Shown one piece after another: positions 21,959 to 32,621 of a stretch of DNA of 64,000 nt. The position numbers were made by a program, and so were the translations under genes. This stretch comes from an uncultured delta proteobacterium (GTDB taxonomy: Bacteria; Desulfobacterota; WTBG01; CAIYCZ01; CAIRTM01), in assembly GCA_963804955.1 (NCBI GenBank), contig CAWDSQ010000022.1, forward strand, positions 64,001 to 128,000. Reading direction: 5' to 3'. The stretch's first letter is position 1, and each line of letters starts with the position of its first letter. Below the pieces are notes generated by a model. The model ran no database searches. It saw only the letters and a program-made list of their open reading frames with translations, and was not told the origin of the DNA.

Positions 21959-23303
21959 ATGAAAAAGTATGATGTCGTCGTTGCCGGGGCCGGCCCCGCA
22001 GGCCTGACGGTTGCCGAAATTGCAGCGAGCCACGGGCTGTCAGGTTCTGCTTGTTGATGTGAAAAAGGACTTCGACAGGGTCTTCCGGTCCTGCTGCTGC
22101 AACCTGATCATCGAGCCAGGCACCCATGCTGAAACGGTCAGCTACTCAGGGGGAGCGATTCATTTTGAAAAAAATAAATTTTCCATGCCCTATGCCGGCT
22201 CGTTATTCCCCTGAAAAACAGCTTCAAAATTTCACCGTGCGGCAATACCCTGCAAATACATGGGAAAAGCCCTGAGGGCAATGTGGCCGTTTCCTATGAA
22301 AAGGAAGTGCTGCTGCAGGACATGCTTCGCGGGCGCTGCAGACTCGAAAAATATCAAAATTATGAGCGGCGTGCAGGCCCTGGCCGTCGAGAACCAGAAA
22401 GGCGGGGTTCGCGTCACCCTGCGCAGCCCTGACCGCAGTTTTACCGTTCAGGGGCGGGTGGCAGTTGCTGCCGACGGCGTGAATTCAAAAATTGTGCGAG
22501 AGCCTCGGGCTGAATGAAACGCGAAGAAAATTTTTCGCCCGCTTCAGCGTCGCCTCCTTTCACATGGCGGGTGTCGAGTGCCCGTATCCTGAGTCATGGG
22601 TAACGTTTGTCGGCAAGGGCCATACCCTGGGCGGCACGGGGGCAGCTCTATATTTGCCCGAAGCCCCATGCAAGCCAGACCGATCCGCCGATCTATGAGC
22701 TGACTATCGGCATGCCGTTTATCGGGAAAGTGCCGTCGGTAATGCCCGATTGATGAACTTGATAATTTTACGACAAAAAGGCGTTTTGCGTCATGGTTAG
22801 AAAACATGAAAATTGTTGACGTCCGCGCTGCGACGCTCAATTTTTACACGCCTTTGGTGAACCCTGTTGAGGGCAATGTCGTGGCGGTCGGCGATTCAGC
22901 GTCATTTATCGAAACCTATGTGCAGGGCGCGGTCATGTACGGCTTTCAGGCGGGCAAATGCTATTGTCAAGCACCTTGAGACCGGCAGCGGACTTGGGGA
23001 TTATGCAGCCTCCTGGGGGTCGAGCTTTGAGTACAATGAATCCCGAGGAAATTAAAAAGGCGACGCAGGGATTCGGGCTGCATGTGCTCAAGAATGAAGA
23101 CCTTGATTATCTGTTCAGGCCTGACGCAGGGCGATTTCGTCTCGGGATTTGTCAATGAGTTTTCAGACCCCGATACGGTGCAGAAATGCCCTGTATGCCC
23201 ATATTGAGCAGGTCAGAAGCGACCGGCCCGAACTTGCGGACGCTGCTGCAGAAAATGCGCGAGGTGTCGGTCCATGATGCTTTGCAGGTGAAAAAACGAT
23301 TGA
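21959..23303 (+). CDS. GGR/FixC-like FAD oxidoreductase (paralog 6), many indels (sequencing error or pseudogene)
   Basis: MKKYDVVVAGAGPAG, RSCCC, AADGVNS, VGDSASFIE and SDRPEL found across several frames. Confidence 0.7.
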
Positions 23304-23365
23304 GGCTTCCAGCCTACAAGGCAGGAAATCTGCGATGCTAAAATCCGGAAATGTGACAGGACAGC

Positions 23366-24271
23366 ATGATTTTAATAGCCGGCTGCAACGGCCATGTCGG
23401 CAGAGAGATTGTCAAAAAGTGCGCGGCCCGAAAAATTCAGGCACGGTGCTTTGATATTGCTCCTCTGTGCGACGGAAGGGGTTGACGCTTCATGCCTTGA
23501 GGTGGTTACAGGAGATATTACAGATCCCGGATCAGTTCTGAAGGCTGTGCAGGGTGTTGATACGGTCATGTTTGTCATTGGCCGCAAGCGGGGGACAAAA
23601 AATCTGACCCATGAAATGGTGGAGCACGGCGGCATTAAGAATGTTATTGAAGCATGCGGGGGGGCGGGTGTTAAACATATCATGTACATCAGCGCGCTTG
23701 GTGTTGGCAAAGATGTGCCTGCCACCTCGCTTGTGGCAAAGTGGAATGCCGAGCAGAGCTTAATAAAGTCGGGTATTCGCTATACCATATTCAGGCCATC
23801 GGGGTACTTCGCTGATTTTGCTGAAGAGTTTGCGCCGCGGATTAAAACGACCGGCAGCTTTACCATTATAGGCCAGGGCTCATTCCTGGTGCAGCCCCTT
23901 GACCCGGCGGATCTTGCCGAAGCATTTGTGCAGGCCACGGACAATCCGCGGGCCATGCAAGCAAATATTTAAAATTGCAGGGCCTGAAAAGTTTACCCTC
24001 ACTGATATAATTCAGCTTGTCGGGAATATACTGAGCGTTCCGGTGAAAATTAAAAAGATGCCCGTATGGCTGGGAAACGTGCATGTTTTCACTCATCGCC
24101 CTTTTTACCGGCAACCCCGGCGCAAAGGATTTTCTTTACCGCATGTCCCGTGACAGCACCTGCACTGAAGAAGAGATGCGTGAGGTTCGGGAAGCCTTTT
24201 CAATAGACTTTGCGCGCCTTGAGCCATGGCTGCGCAAGCAGCCTTTAGCCTGCAGAAGCTTTCAGCCTTGA
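23366..24271 (+). CDS. Atypical SDR/NmrA-like NAD(P)H-binding protein, indels
   Basis: MILIAGCNGHVGREI, YISALG, AKWNAEQSL, YTIFRPSGY, IAGPE. Confidence 0.8.
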
Positions 24272-24310
24272 CAGCTTCTGCAGCAACAAAAAATATTTTA
24301 TCAAAGGAGA

Positions 24311-24815
24311 TTGTCATGCGATTGCAAAAACCGGATACACCGATGCAGCGCCGAGCAGCGGCTGGAGAAAATACTGCCCATGATGGTGAGCGACAGGATA
24401 AACCTCTATCTTGATCTGAAAAAAGTGCTGGGTGAGGAGAAGGGAACAGAAGTTTTTAAGAAACTTTATGACGAGGGCATGAAGCGCATCCGGAAAAATT
24501 TTCCCGGCGGCAAGCTTCCCATCGGCCAGCTTATGAAGCGGGAACTCATAAGCTTTCCCATGATCGGTTTTGAACTGCACATCGATCAAGGAGATCGAGA
24601 ACGGCGAGGAGGTGTATTACGAGCATCTCACGAAATGTCCGTTTCTGGACATGGCGAAAAAAATGGGTATTGCCGAGCTCCCCTGCGACTTTATCTGCGG
24701 CTATGATGTTGAAGTGGCCCTTCGCGACAAGCGCGGGCGGTGGGAGATCAAGTCAAGGATGGGTGATGGCGCTTCCGAGTGCCAGTTCCGCATCAGGGAC
24801 TGGAAGGACGAGTAG
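24311..24815 (+). CDS. ATC-hydrolase/V4R-like protein, indel near 24590
   Basis: TKCPF...CDFICGYD...RMGDGASECQFRI pattern. Confidence 0.6.
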
Positions 24816-24869
24816 GAGCTCTGGGTAACCGAACGGCATAACCTGCAACCGTGCAGAGGAGGACAAGCA

Positions 24870-25049
24870 TTGATAAAGATAGATAAAGAGAAATGCTCCG
24901 GGTGCTGCGGGTGCGTTGATCACTGCCCGGTGGCAGCAATTAATGTAATCGATGATGTGGTGGTAGTGGATAATGATCTGTGCATGGAATGCCTGATCTG
25001 CACGAAGGTCTGTCCGTTGCGGGCGCCGCAGGAGACGGTGGAGGCATAA
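24870..25049 (+). CDS. 2[4Fe-4S] ferredoxin, 59 aa (not in the ORF track)
   Basis: TTG start after GGAGGA; MIKIDKEKCSGCCGCVDHCP...CMECLICTKVCP. Confidence 0.85.
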   Translation: MIKIDKEKCSGCCGCVDHCPVAAINVIDDVVVVDNDLCMECLICTKVCPLRAPQETVEA

Positions 25050-25086
25050 ACAGCAAACAGGAACACATATACCATAAGGGAGTACA

Positions 25087-26418
25087 ATGGCAGAATTATA
25101 TGATGTGATAATTGTAGGAGCCGGTCCAGCGGGAGCCATGGCTGCAAAGATCGCCGGGGAGAACGGTCTGAAGGCCGCCATAATCGAGCGCAAGACCGAT
25201 ATCAGCGCGATCCGCAGGATCTGTACCATGATCGTGAATGTAGATGAGGAGAACGTGGGAGATATTCTCACGTACAGCCACAAGACAAAACGGTTTATAT
25301 TTCCGCACAATGGCTTTTCCTTTAAATATGACGGGCCCACGCGCAACGTGTACGGGTTTCATATAATAACCCCCGGGGGCATGCAGGTTGAGATGGGCAA
25401 TATTGCCCGTGGGAAGGCTGAGGGAAATGTTGTGGGTCTGATGATCCACAAGGGGCATATGTGCCAGGGGCTGGTGAATGAAGCACAGCAGTACGGCGTT
25501 GAAGTGTTTACCAACAGCAATATCAACAGCGTGAGGAAAGAGGCCGGGTATGTGGCGTTGCTGGACAACCGGGGCAATGAGTACCGGGGTAAATTCGTAA
25601 TAGCGGCGGACGGGGTAAATTCACGGATAGCGCGGCTGCTGGGGCTGGACAAGGAGCGGGTGTTCATCGGGACGTACCTGGATATGGCGCGGACCTATGA
25701 GGGCTATGAGATTCCCGATGAAGAAAGACTGATGTTCGGGCTGGGGTGGCCAACGGGCATATCGCTGGCGCCGGAAATGACGCCCGGGTCATCTGCATGT
25801 GGCGGCGACGAGCTATAATTACGAAAACGATCTTGACGCGCAGATAGAGCAGTTTGTAACCACGGGCACGTATGCCAAGTGGTTTAAGAAGGCGCGGGAG
25901 GTTGGGCACCGGACAAGCTGCGTGTCAAATATTGCAACCCCCATTATTATGCCGTTTAAGGATAATGTGCTGGTGGTCGGGGGACTCGTCGTGGATGCAG
26001 GAGACGGGGATCAACGGAGCGCTTATGCCGGGATGGAGCGCAGCCAATGCGGTAACCGAGGCGATCTTGAAGAATGAAATCAATAAAAACGGAATAGCGA
26101 GCTATCTGGCCTGGTATGACAAGTTCTGGTACCAGCCCTTCGGGAAACGGATGGCAAGCAGCGGTGGCGCGGACATGAAGGATTATCTGTCAGGGGAGGA
26201 TATTGACTATCTGGCGGGTCTGGTTGAGGAGTCGATGCCGGCCACCATGAACTTTTTTACAATTATGAAGCAAATCGGGACGACGTTTGCAGCACTTGCT
26301 GCCGCGGATACAGGATGAGCGGCCCGACATCATGCAGAAGCTGCTGGGGTACCGGTCGCATCCGCGGGCGCTGGCCCTGGCTAAACGCCGCAACGAAGGC
26401 TGCGCTATCGTGACTTAA
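25087..26418 (+). CDS. GGR/FixC-like FAD oxidoreductase (paralog 7), 3 indels
   Basis: YDVIIVGAGPAG, IAADGVNS, GDSSW; corrected end ...ERPDIMQKL...CAIVT*. Confidence 0.85.
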
Positions 26419-26518
26419 GCAGGCGGCGCTACGGGAGGTTTAGGCAGATTAATGTAAAGGTTTGATGTGCAAACCAGCAATAAAATTTTATCATAAACGT
26501 CATATGATGGAGCAAGCT

Positions 26519-26968
26519 ATGGATGCAAAAAAGGTGGATGCAATAATTGAAAGGCACAAGGCGGAGAGAGGCGCGCTCATTTCCATGCTGCATGCCATTC
26601 AGGATGAGGAAGGGTATGTGCCAGCGGACGCAATGAGCTACCTGAGCGATAAACTGGCTACGCCGCTTGGGGAAATTTCCCGTGTGGCAACGTATTTTGA
26701 CAAAGCGTTCAAACTGGCGCCGAAAGAGGAGCATACGGTCCGGGTCTGCCGGGGCACAACCTGTCATGTGAAGAAGTCGGATGAATTGTACAAAGAGATT
26801 TCTGACGAGCTGAGCAAGGACGGGAAAAGCTTTCGGTTTTCTTTGGGGCAGGCTCGATGTCTGGGATGCTGTACGTCATCGGGTCCGGTGGTGGAAATCG
26901 ATGGCGAGGTATACGAACAGGATTCCGCAAAAAGCACCATCATCAAACTGAAAGGCGAGATGAAATGA
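26519..26968 (+). CDS. NuoE/HydC-like [2Fe-2S] subunit (module 2)
   Basis: LHAIQDEEGY, VCRGTTCH, RCLGCC. Confidence 0.85.
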   Translation: MDAKKVDAIIERHKAERGALISMLHAIQDEEGYVPADAMSYLSDKLATPLGEISRVATYFDKAFKLAPKEEHTVRVCRGTTCHVKKSDELYKEISDELSKDGKSFRFSLGQARCLGCCTSSGPVVEIDGEVYEQDSAKSTIIKLKGEMK

Positions 26969-28693
26969 AAATAGAGACTATAAAAGATTTAAACAAACTC
27001 AAGGGTGCGGGAGAGAAGATGCTGCGGCCTGAAACCATCCGGGTACAGGTGGGGGCCTCGTCATCTGCTCTTTCAAAGGAAGCCGCTCAAGTCGGCGAGC
27101 AATTAAAAAAAGAGCTTGGGAAGCGCGGCATTGAGGCTGTGGTTGTTTCCGTGGGATGCCTGGGCCTGAGCACGCAGGAACCCATAGTGGAGGTGATTGC
27201 GCCGGGCAAACCCAAGGTCACCTACGGCCGGATCACCGCCGGAATGGCGCCGCTGCTGGCAGGGGCCATCGCAGAAGGCAAAGTGCTGAAAAAGCACGCC
27301 CTGTATCGAACCGATGAGGAGGAACTGCTCTGCAGCACAACCGGGTTCAGCTATGGCAAGGCATCGGCTGAGTTCAAAGGGCTTCCCACGGCAGGCGAGT
27401 TCAAGTTTTTGAAGCCGCAGGTGCGCATTGCGATGAGAAATTCAGGCCAGATCAATCCGGAGAGCATCGAAGAGTATGCAGCCAGGGGAGGGTATGCAGC
27501 GCTGCATAAGGCTTTGACGAAGATGGATCCTGATGCAGGTTATCGATACGGTTATCAAGTCCGAGCTCAGAGGCAAGGGCGGCGGCGGATTTCCGGCGGG
27601 GCAGAAGTGGAAGAGCTGCCGCGATGCCAGGGGCAAGGATAAATACGTTATCTGCAACTGCAGCGAAGGCGATCCCGGCATTGGCATGCACAAGAGCCTT
27701 ATTGAGTCCGACCCCTACAGCATTATTGAGGGATTGACCATTGGCGGGTATGCTATCGGCGCCCGGGAAGGCTATATCTACCTGCATCACGGGTACGCCG
27801 CGGGCAGGCAAAAGCTGAAAAAGGCAATTGACCGGGCAACGGAGTGCGGGCTGCTGGGCGAGAATATTTTTGGAAGCGGGTTTAGCTTCACCGTCACTTT
27901 AAAAGAGGGCGCCGGTGCGTATGTGTGCGGCGAGTCGACGGCCCTGATGGCATGCATTGAAGGCCGGGCCGGAGAGCCCCGTCCGAAATATATACACACG
28001 GCGGAAAAAGGGGTGTGGGAAAAGCCCACGAATCTCAACAATGTGGAGACGTGGTGTAATGTCGCGCCGATTATTTTTCGGGGCCCTGAGTGGTTTACAA
28101 AAATCGGCACGAAAGCAAGCAGAGGGACAAAGGTTATTTCCCTCACCGGCAATATCAACACACCCTGCCTTGCAGAAGTCCCCATGGGCACAACGCTGAA
28201 AACCGTTATCACGAAGCTGGGCGGCGGCATGCCCAAGGGCAGTACGCTCAAGGCGATCGGGATCGGCGGACCGCCGGCCGGCATGCTGCCGGCGTCGCTT
28301 GCCGATACGCCGATTGAATTTGACGCGCTCTGGAAGGCCGGGTCCATGCTGGGCTCCGGCGGCATGATTGTTATGGATGACAAGAACTGCATGGTCGACA
28401 TGACGCGCTTTTTTCTGAAGTTCCTCGAAGAGGAATCCTGCGGCAGGTGCTTTCCCTGCCGGGAGGGGATCAAACGGATGCGCGAAATTGTTGAAGGCAT
28501 CAGCATCGGGATCGGAAAACCGGAACATTTTGCGCTGCTTGAGGAGCTTATGGAGTGCCTGTCGCAGACGGCACTGTGCGATCTGGGCAAATCCGCACCC
28601 AATGCGGTGCGCTGCGCGCTGCGCCATTTCAAGGAGGAATTTGATACCCATATTGAGCGGGAAGTATGCCCGGCTAAACGATGTGCTATATAA
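26965..28693 (+). CDS. Divergent NuoF/HydB-like subunit (module 2), indel near 27535
   Basis: ELRGKGGGGFPAG, CNCSEGDPG, CGESTALM, ESCGRCFPCREG; no C-terminal ferredoxin domain. Confidence 0.85.
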
Positions 28694-28721
28694 AACCCGA
28701 GAACTTTTAAGGTGAGATGCG

Positions 28722-29475
28722 ATGCTTAAACTAACTATAGATGGAAAAAATATTCAGACGGAAAAAGGGACCACCATTCTTACAGGCGGCAAAAGCTAAC
28801 GGGATTGCTATCCCGACCCTGTGCCATCATGAAGGGCTGAGCCCCCTGGCCAACTGCAGGCTGTGCGTGGTTGAGGTAACCCAGAACAACAGGACGCGGG
28901 TGGTCACCTCCTGCAATTACCAGGTGCAGGAAGGGATGCAGGTGGCGACCCAAACCGGGCGGATTGTCTCCATGCGAAAGACAATCATAAAGCTGATCAT
29001 GGGCAGATCGCCGAATGTGAAGATTGTCAGGGACCTGGCCGCTGCCATGGGGATTGAAAAGACACCGTTCACGCTGGAAAACGATAAGTGCATCCTGTGC
29101 GGTTTATGCGAGCATGTGTGCAGCGAGTATATCGGCGCCCATGCAATAACGTTCACGGGTCACGGGACCGGAAAATTTGTTTCAGCGCCCTTCAGCGTAT
29201 CCTCCAGGGACTGCATCGCCTGCGGAGCCTGTGTTGAGGTGTGCCCCGCCAGGTGCATTGCCATGAAGGATGTTGAAGATGCCAAGACCTATTATTGGGC
29301 TGAGTCTGAGACGGTAGGGCCGGCACGGGTTGTGTACAACTGGAATGCGCGGGTTGCGTGGAAGAAGTGCTCGAAGTGCGGAAACGCTTTTCCTCCGCCG
29401 TCGGTACTGCCGTACCTGGACAAGGGCGAAGCCCTGCCGAAGAAATTTTTTGATATCTGCCAGAAGTGTAAGTAA
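28722..29475 (+). CDS. NuoG-N/HydA-N-like Fe-S subunit (module 2), indel near 28770
   Basis: MLKLTIDGK..., IPTLC..NCRLCVVE..TSC, CILCGLCEHVC, CIACGACVEVCP, terminal CxxC pairs. Confidence 0.85.
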
Positions 29476-29516
29476 AAAACATCCATAACCTGCAACCGTG
29501 CAGAGGAGGACAAGCA

Positions 29517-29696
29517 TTGATAAAGATAGATAAAGAGAAATGCTCCGGGTGCTGCGGGTGCGTTGATCACTGCCCGGTGGCAGCAATTAATGTAATCGAT
29601 GATGTGGTGGTTGTGGATAATGATCTGTGCATGGAATGCCTTATCTGCACGAAGGTCTGTCCGTTGCGGGCGCCGCAGGAGACGGTGGAGGCATAA
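29517..29696 (+). CDS. 2[4Fe-4S] ferredoxin (duplicate)
   Basis: Same protein as 24870..25049, with only synonymous changes. Confidence 0.85.
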   Translation: MIKIDKEKCSGCCGCVDHCPVAAINVIDDVVVVDNDLCMECLICTKVCPLRAPQETVEA

Positions 29697-29733
29697 ACAG
29701 CAAACAGGAACACATATACCATAAGGGAGTACA

Positions 29734-31063
29734 ATGGCAGAATTATATGATGTGATAATTGTAGGAGCCGGTCCAGCGGGAGCCATGGCTGCAAAGATCG
29801 CCGGGGAGAACGGTCTGAAGGCCGCCATAATCGAGCGCAAGACCGATATCAGCGCGATCCGCAGGATCTGTACCATGATCGTGAATGTAGATGAGGAGAA
29901 CGTGGGAGATATCCTCACGTACAGCCACAAGACAAAACGGTTTATATTTCCGCACAATGGCTTTTCCTTTAAATATGACGGGCCCACGCGCAACGTGTAC
30001 GGGTTTCATATAATAACCCCCGGGGGCCTGCAGGTTGAGATGGGCAATATTGCCCGTGGGAAGGCTGAGGGAAATGTTGTGGGTCTGATGATCCACAAGG
30101 GGCATATGTGCCAGGGGCTGGTGAATGAAGCACAGCAGTACGGCGTTGAAGTGTTTACCAACAGCAATATCAACAGCGTGAGGAAAGAGGCCGGGTATGT
30201 GGCGCTGCTGGACAACCGGGGCAATGAGTACCGGGGTAAATTCGTTATAGCGGCGGACGGGGTAAATTCACGGATTGCGCGGCTGCTGGGGCTGGACAAG
30301 GAGCGGGTGTTCATCGGGACGTACCTGGATATGGCGCGGACCTATGAAGGCTATGAGATTCCCGATGAAGAAAGACTGATGTTTGGCCTGGGGTGGCCAA
30401 CGGGCATATCGCTGGCGCCGGAAATGACCCCGGGTCATCTGCATGTGGCGGCGACGAGCTATAATTACGAAAACGATCTTGACGCGCAGATAGAGAAATT
30501 TGTAACCACGGGCACGTATGCCAAGTGGTTTAAGAAGGCGCGGGAGGTTGGGCACCGGACAAGCTGCGTGTCAAATATTGCAACCCCCATTATTATGCCG
30601 TTTAAGGATAATGTGCTGGTGGCGGGGGACTCGTCGTGGATGCAGGAGACGGGGATCAACGGAGCGCTTATGCCGGGATGGAGCGCAGCCAATGCGGTAA
30701 CCGAGGCGATTTTGAAGAATGAAATCAATAAAAACGGAATAGCGAGCTATCTGGCCTGGTATGACAAGTTCTGGTACCAGCCCTTCGGGAAACGGATGGC
30801 AAGCAGCGGTGGCGCGGACATGAAGGATTATCTGTCAGGGGAGGATATTGACTATCTGGCGGGTCTTGTTGAGGAGCCGATGCCGGCCACCATGAACTTT
30901 TTTACAATTATGAAGCAGATCGGGACGACGTTTGCAGCACTTGCTGCCGCGGATACAGGATGAGCGGCCCGACATCATGCAGAAGCTGCTGGGGTACCGG
31001 TCGCATCCGCGGGCGCTGGCCCTGGCAAAACGCCGCAACGAAGGCTGCGCTATCGTGGCTTAA
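29734..31063 (+). CDS. GGR/FixC-like FAD oxidoreductase (paralog 8, duplicate of 7), indel near 30940
   Basis: ORF 29734..30963 plus a shifted C-terminus ending CAIVA*. Confidence 0.85.
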
Positions 31064-31134
31064 GCTCGCTAAAATTCAATAGTAACAGAGCAGTGCAGGC
31101 ACAACACAGTATGTTACGCAGGGAGAGTTTTGAA

Positions 31135-32104
31135 ATGGCAAATCAGCTGTATGCAGACATAGCAAAACATACGCAGGGAAAGCATATTATGCTGGTAGGT
31201 TCTTCCGGTAATATCGGCGGGAAAGCCCTTTCAATACTTTTGCAATACGGGAAAGCCGCATCAATCACCGCCTTTGATAAAAGAGCGCCGAAAATAAAGG
31301 AACTTCCCGAATCGGTTAAAGTATGCAGCGGAGATCAGGGTGATATTACCAGTGCTGATGCGGTTGAAGCGGCGATGCAGGGCAATACGGTGGTCGTCTG
31401 CGCCATAGGCGTCCCCCGTTATTTAGCGCCGGGTGAGAAAAAGCTGACCCCTGATGAAATAGAGCGGCAGGGCATGCTGCATATTGTTGATGCGGCAAAA
31501 AAGACAGGGGTGCATCAGATTGTCTATATAAGCGCCCTGGGGGTTGCCCGGGGCGATAAGATTCCTGCATTTCATCTGGCGCACACAGCTAAAAGGCAGG
31601 CTGAGGATATGCTGAAAAAGTCTGGAATCGCCTATACGATTCTTCGGCCGTCAGGATATTATTTTGACTTTCGCGAGCTGCTGGCAGCGGCGGTTGCCGG
31701 AAGATATCATGTGGTTGATGAAGGTCTGGCGCGCGTTCAGCCGATTCATCATGAGGATATGGCCGATATTCTTATCGCATCAATCAACAACAAAAAAGTG
31801 GAGAAACAAGGTCATTGCCGTGGGCGGCCCTGAAATATTCTCCTATGCTGAGCTGGGTAAGGTGTTCGGTAGCGTGCTGCAGACCGAGGTTAATGTAATT
31901 CATTTAGCGCCTGAAAAGTACAAAAAAGAATATTTTAACAGTGATCTTATCCTGTTCAGAGCCACTTCGGATAGTATTCTGACCAAAGAAGAACTGAGCG
32001 CCCTGCTTGGCATATATCCGGGCCTTGAGCTTAAAAGACTGGAGGATTATCTCAATAATCCGAATGATCCTATGCTGAAGTCGTTTTTAAAAAAAACCAC
32101 CTGA
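31135..32104 (+). CDS. Atypical SDR/NmrA-like NAD(P)H-binding protein, indel near 31800
   Basis: LVGSSGNIG, YISALG, AKRQAE, YTILRPSGY, VGGPE; paralog of 23366. Confidence 0.82.
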
Positions 32105-32157
32105 ATAAGATGATGCTCAGTCACGCGCGAGTGACCCTGAGAAAGGAGTCTTCATTC

Positions 32158-32607
32158 ATGACAGTTTCAACTCTTACCGTTATGATTCTAGCGGCCTTTG
32201 TATGGTACTCCGGAGGGATTGCGCTGGTGCTCAAGGGCCTCTCGCTGGCCAGAAGCGCCTACGCGATCGATCCTGCCTCCCTCTGGTCGTACGGGGCTCC
32301 GCTGCTCGGCATAGCAATCGGGCTTGTCAAGGCCAGGTTTATTTTCAATCATGCCTGCAAAAAAAACATACTCCGGATAGGAAAGCTTGAAGCTCCTAAG
32401 CTCTGGCAGTGCTTCAGGCCCGGCATGCTCATATTTCTTGCAATCATTATTCCGACAGGGGCCTGGATGTCGCGTGCCGCTGCAGGCAAGTTTTTCTATC
32501 TTTGCCTTGTTTGCGGCCTGGATTTTTCAATAGCCACGGCCCTGCTTGTTTCAAGCATGATGTTCTGGAGGCTGAAGGCTTTTTCCGGAGTGACCGTAGC
32601 TGAATAA
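32158..32607 (+). CDS. Small membrane protein
   Basis: 4 hydrophobic segments; AAGGAG RBS. Confidence 0.7.
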   Translation: MTVSTLTVMILAAFVWYSGGIALVLKGLSLARSAYAIDPASLWSYGAPLLGIAIGLVKARFIFNHACKKNILRIGKLEAPKLWQCFRPGMLIFLAIIIPTGAWMSRAAAGKFFYLCLVCGLDFSIATALLVSSMMFWRLKAFSGVTVAE

Positions 32608-32621
32608 TTCTTTTCGCCCGG

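Larger units (their letters stand above)
24837..26420 (+). repeat. Direct repeat copy A (~1.58 kb; ferredoxin plus oxidoreductase)
   Basis: Near-identical to 29484..31065, from CATAACCTGCAACC to TTAAGC. Confidence 0.95.
29484..31065 (+). repeat. Direct repeat copy B
   Basis: Near-identical to 24837..26420. Confidence 0.95.

Noticed and set aside
12431..29475. Selenocysteine recoding in the redox genes
   Set aside because: I saw no in-frame TGA at a conserved Cys position; the breaks are frameshifts.
24837..31065. Composite transposon or simple assembly duplication
   Set aside because: The repeats encode metabolic genes and no transposase. The biased synonymous differences are not expected from a plain assembly duplication, although a strain mixture is not excluded.
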